Assembly (NCBI GenBank): GCA_049516875.1 | Contig: JBEKSS010000002.1 | Coordinates: 128,001-192,000, forward strand | Length of the DNA: 64,000 bases | Direction: 5' to 3' | From: Candidatus Bathyarchaeia archaeon | GTDB taxonomy: Archaea; Thermoproteota; Bathyarchaeia; Bathyarchaeales; Bathycorpusculaceae | Shown here: positions 9,938-20,406 of the stretch, one piece after another | Layout: every line of letters starts with the position of its first letter | Numbering within the stretch: the first letter of the stretch is position 1 | The notes under the pieces: generated by a model | Database searches by the model: none | What the model was told of the DNA's origin: nothing | The model's input: the letters and a program-made list of their open reading frames with translations, nothing else | Program-made: the position numbers and the translations under genes

Positions 9938-10498
9938 ATGAGCGTTTGGGACAAAAAGCGCGATGTAATGCGGCGTTATGACGTAACCGCGCAAATCTAC
10001 GACATGCGATACGCCGAGGAACAAACTGTAAAGATTGAGGCAGCTCTGAAACACGTGAAAGTCAAGGCTTGCATGATCTTGGATGCGGGCTGTGGAACTG
10101 GCATCCTGTTCAACTACGTTGCCGACATGGCACAGATGACACTCGGATTGGATGTTTCCAAGAAAACTCTACTTAAGGCAAAAGAACAGTCGAAGAATCA
10201 TGCAAGTGTGGATTTGGTTTGTGCTGATGTCGACAACATGCCTCTGAAGGACAGGGTTTTCGACAGGGTCTTTGCAATGACTCTCATCCAGAACACCCCC
10301 GTCCCGGCTGAAACGTTGAACGAAATCAGACGTGTAGCGGCGGACAACGCTCTAATCGTTGTCACAGGCTTGAAGAAGATCTTCGCTAGAAGCGTTTTTC
10401 GACAGTTGCTAAAGAATGCGGGCTTAAACAACGTAGCAATGGAGGACGAAGGCCTAAAGTGTTACGTGGCAGTTTGCTCCAAAGCACGGCGTGCTTGA
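9938..10498 (+). CDS. class I SAM-dependent methyltransferase
   Basis: ILDAGCGTG, GLDVS, CADVDNMP..FD. Confidence 0.88.
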   Translation: MSVWDKKRDVMRRYDVTAQIYDMRYAEEQTVKIEAALKHVKVKACMILDAGCGTGILFNYVADMAQMTLGLDVSKKTLLKAKEQSKNHASVDLVCADVDNMPLKDRVFDRVFAMTLIQNTPVPAETLNEIRRVAADNALIVVTGLKKIFARSVFRQLLKNAGLNNVAMEDEGLKCYVAVCSKARRA

Positions 10499-10752
10499 TT
10501 TTCTGACTGTGAGTTTTCATTTCAGTCAAATCTTGGTTTTTTTCCTTTTTTACACGTAGAATTTCATCCGTGGGATTCTGCGACGCGTATGTAAGATCCT
10601 TTGCAAATGGCAAGTAATGTTTATATTAAGAACTCGACCTCACAAGCCTATTCCAGAAGGAAGGATTACTCGTTAATGATGCCCACCGACTCTGGATCTA
10701 TGATATTCCGCAGGATTTCCGTGTTCATGGAGATTGGAGGGCGTGTTGACTG

Positions 10753-11694
10753 ATGCCGTTGCAAACCTTGAAAAAAGACACGGCGCAGGAACTTTCATTG
10801 GAGTGGGTTCTGCATATTAAGAATTATAAGCTTAACCTTGACAAGAATAGGTGCGCGGGTTGCCAAATCTGCAGTCTAGCCTGCCCAAAAGAAGCAATCA
10901 GAATCGAAAAACAATCCAAAGCTCATGGAGAAAAAGCCCAAAAAGCCAAAGTGGATATTGACCTATCAAAGTGCAACTTTTGCGGTATATGTGACATACT
11001 GTGCCCCTACGGGGCGATCAGCGTTACTGTAGACGGGAAACATCTCCTCTCGGTTCTGGACAAGGAAAGCTTCCCTCAAATGGTCCGAGACATCAAAGCT
11101 GCCGCGAGCAAGTTTCCCATGGATCACGACAGGAGCGAAGATGTTTGCCCGATGGAACTGATTAAAGTGCACTTTTCGACAGCCGACGGAAAACCAGTGG
11201 AAGATCCTGGTTCTCTAAACGAGTCTGAACGGCGTGCGCTCAAGGTTGACGTTGAAGTTGACAAAGAGCACTGTCCATGCTGCGGGATATGCGAAGCAAA
11301 GCTTCCACAAGGCGCAATGCACGTGCGAAAGCTGCTTTCAGGAAAGCTTGCCATCAAATCTGAAAAATGTCCACCGGAATGTACAGACTGTCTGGATGTT
11401 TGTCCAATTAATGGCGTGCTCTACCTTTCCGACGATGACAAGAAAGTGCATGCAAACGAAATGTTCTGCGTCTACTGCGGAGCATGCAAGGTCGTTTGTC
11501 CAGTTGATGAAGCCCTTGATTTCAAGCGAACTCGCGTTAACCATACACCTGTCCGTTCAGGAGCGTGGAACAAGGCTCTTGAACGGCTGACCTCGCCAAC
11601 TGACTTGACCAAGGAACTGAAAGCCAAAGGCTCTCTGAAGACAAGAGAATCCGTGAAGAAGAGGATGGGTTTGAAGGGTGAAAAGCATGCCTAG
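10753..11694 (+). CDS. polyferredoxin, FwdF-like
   Basis: Multiple CxxCxxCxxxCP motifs; C-terminal CVYCGACKVVCP...RT. Confidence 0.85.
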   Translation: MPLQTLKKDTAQELSLEWVLHIKNYKLNLDKNRCAGCQICSLACPKEAIRIEKQSKAHGEKAQKAKVDIDLSKCNFCGICDILCPYGAISVTVDGKHLLSVLDKESFPQMVRDIKAAASKFPMDHDRSEDVCPMELIKVHFSTADGKPVEDPGSLNESERRALKVDVEVDKEHCPCCGICEAKLPQGAMHVRKLLSGKLAIKSEKCPPECTDCLDVCPINGVLYLSDDDKKVHANEMFCVYCGACKVVCPVDEALDFKRTRVNHTPVRSGAWNKALERLTSPTDLTKELKAKGSLKTRESVKKRMGLKGEKHA

Positions 11695-13741
11695 AGGAAC
11701 TAGGAAGAACGTTGGTACCCCTCGGAAAGAAAGAAAACCTGGACAGAAGAAAGCTGGACCCAAGGCTGAAGGGCCTAGAATCGGAGTCTTTGTCTGTCAG
11801 TGCGGTTCAAACATAGCTTCGATAGTAGACGTTGATGCTTTAACAAAGTATGCCCAGACTTTGCCCAATGTGGTGTATGCAGAGAACATGAATTATCCTT
11901 GTAGCCGTCAAGGTCAGGACGAGATAATAGTCGCTATAAAGAAAAACAAGCTAGATCGTGTGGTTGTCGCTGGCTGTTCACCGAGGCTTTACGAACCGAC
12001 TTTTCAAAGCTGCGTGTCTAGAGCAGAGCTTAATCCATGGCTTTTTGAGATGGCAAACATCCGAGAATTCGCATCCTACTGCCACCAAACCACGCCGGAA
12101 GAGGCAACCGAAAAAGCAAAAGACACAGTCAGGATGGCTGTTGCCAAAGCAAGGCTTCTCCAAGCACTAAAGCCGATAGAATTGCCTGTGACGAAGAAGG
12201 TTATGGTTATCGGCGGAGGAATCGCGGGAATCAACGCTGCCCTAGACTTGGCTGACATGGGTTTCAAAGTCTACATGGTTGAAAAGACCGAAACAATAGG
12301 CGGCTACATGGCACTGCTGGACAAGACGTTTCCAACGCTTGACTGCAGCATATGCATCGAAGGTCCAAAAATGGTTGACGTAGGCAGGCATCCCAACATT
12401 GAAATAATCTCCTATGCCGATGTTTTGAAGGTCGACGGGTACGTTGGCAACTTCAAGGTGAAAATCCGGAAAAACCCCCGCTACGTCATAGCTGCAAGCT
12501 GCACTGGCTGCGGTGAGTGTAGAGACGCGTGCCCTATAGAATATCCGAACTACGCAGACATGTATCTTGGCGTGAGAAAGGCGATATCGATTCCGTTCGA
12601 TCAGGCTGTTCCGCTCACCCACACGATTAACCGCGACTACTGCATTGAATGCTACAAGTGTGTTGACGCCTGCGGGGCTCGTGAGGCAATAAACTTTGAC
12701 CAGAAGCCTGAAGAGATTGAGGTTAACGTAGGGGCAATAGTCGTCACGATTGGCTACGGCATGTATGATCCTAAGGATTTGGCGTGGACTGGCTACGGCA
12801 GGTTCTCCAATGTTTTCACAGCACTTGAGTTCGAGAGGCTCATACTTGCAGCAGGTCCAACTGGAGGGAAAGTAATTCGGGCTTCAGACGGGCAGAAGCC
12901 TCATTCCGTAGCGTTCATCCAATGCGTAGGCTCCCGTGACATCAACAAGTTCGAGTACTGCTCAAGCTTCTGCTGCATGTACACTCTGAAGCATGCAGTC
13001 ATGCTTAAAGAGAAGTACAGGGAAGCCATCGAGGTTTACGTGTTCTACAACGATATGAGAAGCAACTTCAAGGGCTACGAGGAGTTCTTCAACAGGGCCC
13101 AGAAATCCGGAGTCAAATTCGTCAGAGTCAAGCTTGAAAACCGAAGGATAACTGAGGACCCGCAGACCAAAAATCTCACAGTTTTCGGTGAAAACGAAGA
13201 CGGCAAGCCGGTCTCTGCAGAGGCAGAAATGGTTGTCCTTGCAAATGCAGCCATTCCATCACAGGCAGCTTCTGAACTGGCAAAAATCCTCAACATACCC
13301 TTGGGCAAGGACGGATTCTTCGTTGAATGTCAGCCCAAGATCAGACCAACCGACACTGAAGTACCCGGGATTTTCTTGGCAGGTGCATGTCAAGGCCTGA
13401 AGGACATTCCTTACAGTGTTGCTCAAGGAAGCGCTGCTGCGGCTCAAGCCGCCTGTGTTCTGAGCAAGGACTCGTGGACGGTTGAGCCACTGGTTGCGAA
13501 GGTGAATGAGGAGCTGTGCAGCGGCTGCAGGGTATGTGAATCAGCTTGTGGCTATCACGCGATTAATGTTGAAAAAGTCGGGGACAAGTCCGTAGCCAAA
13601 GTTGTTGAAGGCTTGTGCCGGGGCTGTGGAATCTGCAGTTCTGCTTGTCCAATGGACGCTGTGACGATGCCGAACTATTCGGATATCCAGATTGTGGCCC
13701 AAATTCAGGCTGTCATGGAAAGGAAGTTGAAGAAGACATGA
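11687..13741 (+). CDS. hdrA: heterodisulfide reductase subunit A
   Basis: IGVFVCQCGSNI, VVVAGCSP, ANIRE, GGGIAG, LDKTFPTLDCSIC, QCVGSRD, YCSSFCC, AGACQG, C-terminal ferredoxin. Confidence 0.95.
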   Translation: MPRGTRKNVGTPRKERKPGQKKAGPKAEGPRIGVFVCQCGSNIASIVDVDALTKYAQTLPNVVYAENMNYPCSRQGQDEIIVAIKKNKLDRVVVAGCSPRLYEPTFQSCVSRAELNPWLFEMANIREFASYCHQTTPEEATEKAKDTVRMAVAKARLLQALKPIELPVTKKVMVIGGGIAGINAALDLADMGFKVYMVEKTETIGGYMALLDKTFPTLDCSICIEGPKMVDVGRHPNIEIISYADVLKVDGYVGNFKVKIRKNPRYVIAASCTGCGECRDACPIEYPNYADMYLGVRKAISIPFDQAVPLTHTINRDYCIECYKCVDACGAREAINFDQKPEEIEVNVGAIVVTIGYGMYDPKDLAWTGYGRFSNVFTALEFERLILAAGPTGGKVIRASDGQKPHSVAFIQCVGSRDINKFEYCSSFCCMYTLKHAVMLKEKYREAIEVYVFYNDMRSNFKGYEEFFNRAQKSGVKFVRVKLENRRITEDPQTKNLTVFGENEDGKPVSAEAEMVVLANAAIPSQAASELAKILNIPLGKDGFFVECQPKIRPTDTEVPGIFLAGACQGLKDIPYSVAQGSAAAAQAACVLSKDSWTVEPLVAKVNEELCSGCRVCESACGYHAINVEKVGDKSVAKVVEGLCRGCGICSSACPMDAVTMPNYSDIQIVAQIQAVMERKLKKT

Positions 13742-16242
13742 GTGAGCAGTCTGGTCCAACTCCCCCGGCAAAAGCAGAGGAACCACGCGTAGGCGTCTTC
13801 GTGTGTTACTGTGGTCTCAACATTGCTGGCACCGTGGATGTCGAGGAAGTGGCCGAGTACGCGCGCAAACTGCCAAATGTGGTCTACGTTAAGACAAACC
13901 GTTACACCTGTGCCGATCCAGGTCAGGAAGAAATCAGAAAGGGCATAAGAGATCACAAGCTGAACCGTGTCGTGGTTGCCGCATGCTCACCTAGGATGCA
14001 TGAACCCACCTTCCGCAGGACCGTGTCAGAAGCCGGACTAAACCCTTTCGTCTATGAAATGGCCAACATCCGCGAGTTTTCTTCCTGGTGCCATCAGAGT
14101 ACGCCAAAAGAGGCAACCGAGAAAGCTAAAGAACTCGTGAAGATGGCTGTCGCGAAAGTGAAGCTTCTTGAACCGCTGGACGTCATCGAGGTTCCAGTAA
14201 CCAACAGGGCGCTAGTCGCAGGTGCAGGCGTTGCCGGCGCAAGTGCTGCTCTTGACCTTGCAGAAATGGGTTATCAAGTCTACCTAGTTGACCGAGCTGA
14301 AATAATGGGCGGTCACATGGCTCAGCTCGGCAGGAGCTTTCCAGTCTTCGAATGTTCAAATTGTCCGCAGCAGATTCACTGTCCAAGGTTCTCATGCGTT
14401 GCCACAAGAATTGGGGCCGTAGCTGTTCATCCAAGAATCAAACTGCTTGCGTACACGGATGTGAAACACGTCGAAGGCGTCATAGGAAGCTACAAAGTGA
14501 CGATTGCGAGGAGGCCGCGGTTCGTTGACGAAAACAAGTGCATAAGCTGCGGAAAGTGTTCTGAGGTCTGTCCGGTTGACGCGCTGAACAAGTTTGACGC
14601 CGGAATGAGGAAACGCAAAGCCATCTACTTGCCATTCCCGTATGCTACACCCAACACTTACACGATTGACAAAGACACATGCCTGTACTTTAAGGACGGG
14701 AGCTGCAAGAAATGTCAGGAAATCTGTCCAGTAGAGGCTGTGGATTTTAAGCAAGAACCCTCAGAAGAGAAGCTTGAAGTTGGCTGCATGGTGGTGGCAA
14801 CAGGATATGACATCTATGAGCCATACGATCTGCCAAACTATGCCTTCGGCAAACACAAGGACGTTGTAACAGCCCTGCAGCTTGAAAGAATCATAGACAC
14901 GAACACCCAGATTATTGGAGAGCTTCAGAAACCTTCAGACGGCAGAATGCCTGAGAGCATGACATACATACAATGCGTCGGTTCCAGAGACGTGAACAAG
15001 TTCGAGTATTGCTCAGGCTTCTGTTGCATGCTCACACTTAAAAGCGCCGTCTTCCTCAAAGAAAAATACGGCGACAAACTGAAAATCAACGTGTTATACA
15101 CGGACATGCGTGCCAACAGCAAAGGGTACGAGGAACTGTTCAGGAAAGCTCAGCAGTTAGGCATCAACTTCGTTCGCGTCAAACTGACAAACAGGAATGT
15201 GAGTGAAAATCCAGAAACGAAGAAACTCCTAGTTCATGCTGAACAAGAAGACGGTGCACCCGTCGAAGTCGAAAGCGATATGGTCGTGTTGGCAACAGCC
15301 GCAGTACCAAGTCAAGGCTCGGAAGAAGTTGCAAGAGTCTTCAACATCAGCCGCGGCAGTGACGGGTTCTTCATGGAAAGTCATCCAAAGCTGAAGCCAA
15401 TAGACACACCATCAGACGGTGTCTTCGTCGCAGGAGGATGCCAAGGACCAAAAGATGTTCCTTACAGCGTTTCTCAAGGCATGGGAACAGCCGCAAGAGC
15501 AGCAACAATCCTTTCCAAACCAACTTACAAAATCCAGCCTATCGTCGCATTGGTCGACCCGGCAAAATGCCGCAACACTAAAGTGAAATGCGGCCTCTGC
15601 GCTAAGGCCTGCCCCTACGGCGCTATCAGAGCACCCGAAGGCCAAGTTGCACAGACGATGAGCGCAATGTGTCACGGCTGCGGTACATGCGTCGCCGAAT
15701 GCCCAGCAGACGCAATAACTCAAAAACACTTCACGGACGCACAGATAGTGTCCCAAATAAGAGCCGCACTGGAAACAAACCCAGAGGGCAAGATACTGGC
15801 GTTCCTGTGCAATTGGTGTAGCTACGCTGGCGCGGACCTCGCGGGTACAAGTCGATTTGAATATCCTCCTGTGATAAGGCCTATCAGGGTCATGTGTTCG
15901 GGAAGAGTTGACCGTGACTTCATTCTCGAAGCTTTCAGGCTTGGCGCAGGCATGGTAATGGTCGGTGCCTGCCATCTTCCGTACGACTGCCACTACATCA
16001 GTGGAAACTACAAGATGAAGGCTAGAATGGACGCACTTGCGCCGATGCTGCAGAAACTCGGCATGAGTCCGGAAAGATTGCGTGTGGAATATGTCTCTGC
16101 GGCCGAAGGCATCAAATTCGCAGAAGTTGTAAAGGAAATAACGGCGCAGATGCAAACGCTGGGCAAGGAGAAGATAGAGGCAGAAAACGCCAAGATGCGG
16201 CCATTCTTGGAGAACATGCTGAAAAGGAAGGAACAAAAATAG
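13738..16242 (+). CDS. HdrA-MvhD fusion protein
   Basis: Full HdrA motifs plus C-terminal MvhD (FLCNWCSYAGADLAG, IRVMCSGRVD, GACH..DCHY..GN); start ATG 13738 overlaps the upstream stop. Confidence 0.93.
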   Translation: MSEQSGPTPPAKAEEPRVGVFVCYCGLNIAGTVDVEEVAEYARKLPNVVYVKTNRYTCADPGQEEIRKGIRDHKLNRVVVAACSPRMHEPTFRRTVSEAGLNPFVYEMANIREFSSWCHQSTPKEATEKAKELVKMAVAKVKLLEPLDVIEVPVTNRALVAGAGVAGASAALDLAEMGYQVYLVDRAEIMGGHMAQLGRSFPVFECSNCPQQIHCPRFSCVATRIGAVAVHPRIKLLAYTDVKHVEGVIGSYKVTIARRPRFVDENKCISCGKCSEVCPVDALNKFDAGMRKRKAIYLPFPYATPNTYTIDKDTCLYFKDGSCKKCQEICPVEAVDFKQEPSEEKLEVGCMVVATGYDIYEPYDLPNYAFGKHKDVVTALQLERIIDTNTQIIGELQKPSDGRMPESMTYIQCVGSRDVNKFEYCSGFCCMLTLKSAVFLKEKYGDKLKINVLYTDMRANSKGYEELFRKAQQLGINFVRVKLTNRNVSENPETKKLLVHAEQEDGAPVEVESDMVVLATAAVPSQGSEEVARVFNISRGSDGFFMESHPKLKPIDTPSDGVFVAGGCQGPKDVPYSVSQGMGTAARAATILSKPTYKIQPIVALVDPAKCRNTKVKCGLCAKACPYGAIRAPEGQVAQTMSAMCHGCGTCVAECPADAITQKHFTDAQIVSQIRAALETNPEGKILAFLCNWCSYAGADLAGTSRFEYPPVIRPIRVMCSGRVDRDFILEAFRLGAGMVMVGACHLPYDCHYISGNYKMKARMDALAPMLQKLGMSPERLRVEYVSAAEGIKFAEVVKEITAQMQTLGKEKIEAENAKMRPFLENMLKRKEQK

Positions 16243-16288
16243 TCTCTGGTCACTCTAGGATGCCTGCATCGACTTAGCTCGTTCTTTG

Positions 16289-19183
16289 CTATTCTCTGTC
16301 CTTCCAGAATTCTCTTGTTCGCAGGTACTGGATTTTGGCTTTCAGGAGATCCATGAAAAACTCGTCCTCTTTGGGATGCATTTTTCCAAGAATTCTGGAG
16401 GCTGTTTCCGGGCCTACACCCTTGACTTCCAATGCCATTACTGCTTTTTTCCCGTAGCTTAATGCCAAGTCGGCTGTACGTCTTGCCTGAGCCAGTTCCC
16501 TGAGTTCTTCCTCGGACACTTCTTTGCCTTCGCGTCTTCTCTTCAAGACTTCATACACGTGTTCTGCGTCTTGGTTCGGGTTCAGAAGTGCCAAGAGTTT
16601 TGAACCGCATTTTCGGCACGCGGGTTGGTCTGGCAGGTTTCTTATTCTCTCTTCGTCAGCCCATTGGCCACACGACATGCACAGCAGCGACGCTGTTCTT
16701 GCCTCTATTGCTTTTTTCATTCTGTCTATGTTGTTCAATAACACTTTTTCGGGAGCCATCAGCTCTGACATGTCAGAGAACTTTGCAAGCACGTGATAGG
16801 CTAATGGTGTGGGCTTTTCTTGGCTGAACACTGTGCTGACCTTGATTCTTCCGTTGCTTACGCCGCGCATGATCTCCTTGGCTTTCTTAATGTCCACTTT
16901 TTCAATCATAGCTTCGCGTAATGTCTCATCCAGAATCGGCGTGTTTCCAAACCGTTTGGGCAGCTGACTTAACCGTTCGTAACTCATGGTCTTTCCGCGT
17001 GGCAAGGCTCCAAATCGTTCAGCCACGAACTTCATTTTGTAGGAAAACGGAAACTTCGACTCCAAGTATGCTGCAAAAGCCTGTTCTGTCTCTTGAACTG
17101 TAAGGCTGAACAGACGTGCACACATATTTTCAACTTCCTGTCGCGTCAGCTTCCTAGGCGTCTCAATCAGCATGTGGTAACCGTCGTTCCACCAGCCGAC
17201 GATGACTTCCCTGTCAGACAAGACAGAGTCGAAGATGCAACCCAAGGTACGATTGACCATCTCACCAAAGCATGCGTGGATTATCAGGAACTTGTCAAAA
17301 CCTTCAACGACAATGTGCTTGTCGGTTGGCAACGGTGCTCCTTGTTTCAAGTGCTCTTCAACTTCTTGAACCGTGCTCAACAATGTAGACTTGTCTGTTG
17401 AAAATTCCCCTGCCAGTCTCTCTGCTGCAGTCTCAGCTTTTCCGGTTTCCTTCAGTGTTTTTACGATTCTTCCTCGCAGTTGTCCAGTTTCCTGGGCAAG
17501 CTCGAACGGAACAGGCAGCATCTCGCCGTCCCAGCCTGGAACTGCCGCCAAAGGATCTTCTGAAGGCACGACGTAAACCGTCCCTGTTTCCCCTTCAATC
17601 TGAACAATCCGCCAAACGTGCCCTTTGACGATGAAGTTCAATCCGACGCGGGCTTTCAACGCCATGAACTCGTCGCCCAAGGTGGCGATTTTCCTGTCTG
17701 AAATCACGTTGACTATCGGGTAACGTCTTTCGTCAGGAATCATCGACAGATTTTCGTAGTAGTACTTTCGACTGTTACGGCCTTTTCTCAAACCCTTGCC
17801 TTCTTGGTCAATCCTTATTTCCCCAAGACGTTCTAAAAAGCATACTACGTCCCAAAGAAGCTTTTGTGAAAGCTTCCGATAGGGATAGGCCCGCCGTAGC
17901 AGAGCCAAAAGCCCCTTCAAACTCACCGTCGCTTCGTCCATTACTGTTCCAACAATCTGGTGCGCTAGAACGTCCAAGGCGCTTTCATGGATCAAAACAT
18001 GTTCAAGCCTGCCCGCTTGAGCACTTTTTATCGCTGCAACAGATTCAAGCGTGTCATCTGGAAAGGCCGTGATGATGACGCCTTCGGAGAGCATGTCCAA
18101 ACGATGACCGCTGCGTCCCACTCTCTGGATTAGGCTGCTAACCTGTCTAGGCGAGAGGTACTGAATAACGAGGTCAACCCTGCCGATGTCGATTCCAAGC
18201 TCCAAAGTGCTCGTGCAGACAATCGCCTTCAGGTCGCCTGTTTTGAACTGATCCTCAATCTGTGCGCGTTCCTCTTTCGACAGAGAACCGTGATGCACGG
18301 CAATGTCTCTGCGTCCAAGCTGATTGAATCTGTAGCCCAGCATCTCGGCGACGGTTCTGCTGTTAACAAAAATCAACGTTGACTCGTGGCTGTCGACGAG
18401 CTCTCTCACCCGTCTGATCCTTGCAGCCGCTTCAGGCGACGTGTTGAGCGTTCGAGCCAAATCATAGTCTGCTTCAACAGGGACAGGATTCTCAACGTAG
18501 TAGCGGTAACCCTTGGGCAACACGGCTTCTACGATTCTGATGCTTCTCTCAGTTCCGGCAAGAAGCTGCGCAACTTCATCCGGATTACCTACTGTGGCTG
18601 ACAAGCCGATTCTTTGAAACTCCCTCCCGACAACCTCCCGTAGTCTTTCTAAAGCGACTGCAAGTTGAACCCCACGTTTGCTGGAGGCGAGTTCATGCAC
18701 CTCGTCCACAACAACATACTGGACGCCGCGCAAGTGCTGCTTCATGCGCGAACCCGGAAGAATCGCTTGAAGAGTCTCAGGCGTTGTGACAAGCATGTCA
18801 GGGGGAAAGACTGCTTGTCTTCTTCGAAGCTTCAGATCAGTGTCTCCATGCCTGACCTCGATTGAGACACCGAGTTTGGAAGCCCAGAATGATAGGCGCT
18901 TCAAAAGGTCACGGTTCAAAGCCCTTAAAGGTGTAACATAAAGTACAGCTATTCCCTTTCTTGACACCTGCTGAACCAGTTTGGAGAAAATGGGAAGAAG
19001 AACAGCCTCGGTTTTTCCGCTTCCAGTGGGCGCAAGCAATAGCACGTTATCCCCGGCAAGGATGGGCGAAGCCGCCATCTTCTGCGGCAGAGTTGCTTCT
19101 GAGAAGCCAATCTCGCTTAATGCTGAACGAACAGGTTTTGCGAATAGGCTGAAAACCTCGGAATTCGAGGGTTTTTCACGCAT
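16289..19183 (-). CDS. lhr: Lhr-type SF2 helicase
   Basis: APTGSGKT, TPLRALNRD, DEVH, LSAT, HHGSLS, STLELGIDIG, QRVGRSGH, C-terminal Zn ribbon and HhH. Confidence 0.92.
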   Translation of the reverse strand: MREKPSNSEVFSLFAKPVRSALSEIGFSEATLPQKMAASPILAGDNVLLLAPTGSGKTEAVLLPIFSKLVQQVSRKGIAVLYVTPLRALNRDLLKRLSFWASKLGVSIEVRHGDTDLKLRRRQAVFPPDMLVTTPETLQAILPGSRMKQHLRGVQYVVVDEVHELASSKRGVQLAVALERLREVVGREFQRIGLSATVGNPDEVAQLLAGTERSIRIVEAVLPKGYRYYVENPVPVEADYDLARTLNTSPEAAARIRRVRELVDSHESTLIFVNSRTVAEMLGYRFNQLGRRDIAVHHGSLSKEERAQIEDQFKTGDLKAIVCTSTLELGIDIGRVDLVIQYLSPRQVSSLIQRVGRSGHRLDMLSEGVIITAFPDDTLESVAAIKSAQAGRLEHVLIHESALDVLAHQIVGTVMDEATVSLKGLLALLRRAYPYRKLSQKLLWDVVCFLERLGEIRIDQEGKGLRKGRNSRKYYYENLSMIPDERRYPIVNVISDRKIATLGDEFMALKARVGLNFIVKGHVWRIVQIEGETGTVYVVPSEDPLAAVPGWDGEMLPVPFELAQETGQLRGRIVKTLKETGKAETAAERLAGEFSTDKSTLLSTVQEVEEHLKQGAPLPTDKHIVVEGFDKFLIIHACFGEMVNRTLGCIFDSVLSDREVIVGWWNDGYHMLIETPRKLTRQEVENMCARLFSLTVQETEQAFAAYLESKFPFSYKMKFVAERFGALPRGKTMSYERLSQLPKRFGNTPILDETLREAMIEKVDIKKAKEIMRGVSNGRIKVSTVFSQEKPTPLAYHVLAKFSDMSELMAPEKVLLNNIDRMKKAIEARTASLLCMSCGQWADEERIRNLPDQPACRKCGSKLLALLNPNQDAEHVYEVLKRRREGKEVSEEELRELAQARRTADLALSYGKKAVMALEVKGVGPETASRILGKMHPKEDEFFMDLLKAKIQYLRTREFWKDRE

Positions 19184-19186
19184 TTC

Positions 19187-20008
19187 TTACAAGCCACAAG
19201 ACCTTTTGTTAAACGTCCTTCTTAATCTTGGTGAGAGCGGATACGAAAGTACAAGCCCTGCTTCTTCCCGATATGGGATAGAAACTTTTTCCTTGAACTT
19301 GCCTCTGGAAAGCAGGTTGCCGAGCTCTTCTGCTAAGACCTCTTTTCTGGAACAGAAGATGACCTCGTTCATACCGTTTGTCCACACGGTCAACCCTCTC
19401 GTTTTCCCCTTGTGGAGCAAGTGAAGGAATGAGTCTTCTTCGCCCAGCTGCAGCATGGCTATGGCGCTTGAACCCTGAAGGGCACAGAAGAAGGAGTACA
19501 ATGCTTCCGTCACATCTTCTTTCTCGCTTAGTATCTCTTCGAAAAAGTGGGGGATGACTTCTGAATCGATGAGTTCAAACTTTTCTGATTTAAAAACGTG
19601 CGCGTTGCCCAACGTCTTTCTGATCTCCTTGTAGTTCTCAACCTTGCCGTTGTGGACTGAGACAACGGTTAACTCTGGCTCCCTTTCAACAACGTACGGT
19701 TGTGCTGTCTCTTTGTACTTCGCCGTCTTCATGAATTCTGGGCTGGGCATCCGCACATGGCCAATCAACACAGAAGCCTCGTCAACCTTCACCGTCTCTG
19801 CTAATCTCTTGGCAGGAGAATCCCTGACCTTTCCAACCTTTTCAACCAAAACGTTGCCGTCCTCCAAGAGCAAAGCCACGCCCGCCCCGAAGCCTCCAAC
19901 AGGTCGCGGTTCCTGAGGGTACTGATGAACCTCTAGTTCCTGAAGAACTTTGCAGACCCTGATAATGGGCAAGGGCTTCTTCAGAGCAAATCCGAATATG
20001 CCGCACAT
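19187..20008 (-). CDS. stand-alone class II glutamine amidotransferase-like (Ntn hydrolase) protein
   Basis: N-terminal MCGIFG, IGHVR, VHNGKVENY, DSEVI. Confidence 0.8.
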   Translation of the reverse strand: MCGIFGFALKKPLPIIRVCKVLQELEVHQYPQEPRPVGGFGAGVALLLEDGNVLVEKVGKVRDSPAKRLAETVKVDEASVLIGHVRMPSPEFMKTAKYKETAQPYVVEREPELTVVSVHNGKVENYKEIRKTLGNAHVFKSEKFELIDSEVIPHFFEEILSEKEDVTEALYSFFCALQGSSAIAMLQLGEEDSFLHLLHKGKTRGLTVWTNGMNEVIFCSRKEVLAEELGNLLSRGKFKEKVSIPYREEAGLVLSYPLSPRLRRTFNKRSCGL

Positions 20009-20406
20009 CCTGCAATTCCTCCACCCAATTCTTTGTCTCTCTCAAAGGACTCTTCTCAGTCAGTCAAAACTAAACCTTTCGGTGAACACCTTTCTTCGAT
20101 TTCCAATCGCAGCCCGTGTTGAACACGATTAGCACGCATTTTTCAGCCCGCTTTCAGCCTAAGGCACCCGGCTGAAATCGGAAGAAAGGACCAATCAGAC
20201 CAAAACCTTGAAATCGTCTCGTGAGTAACATTGTTTGGACGATGAGGTCATCGAGGTACGGAGACGCTGTTGGCGAATGATCGCTTTTTCCGCTGCTGAG
20301 TCCAAAAATGGAAGACAATCGTTGTTAGCTTGAAACGCTCTCAAGAGTAGACAGAGTGTCGAGACCTCTGTGTTGTGTAAATAAAGAAAGGGGAGAGAGG
20401 AGGAGG

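Noticed and set aside
10600-10690. TAATGATGCCCAC resembles the 3' end of a fluoride riboswitch
   Set aside because: No proper 5' GGNGAUGG P1 element, a TATA-like TTTATATT interrupts the region, and the downstream gene is unrelated to fluoride
20141-20178. TTTCAGCC twice plus inverted GGCTGAAA
   Set aside because: Too short and too few copies to call a repeat, operator or RNA
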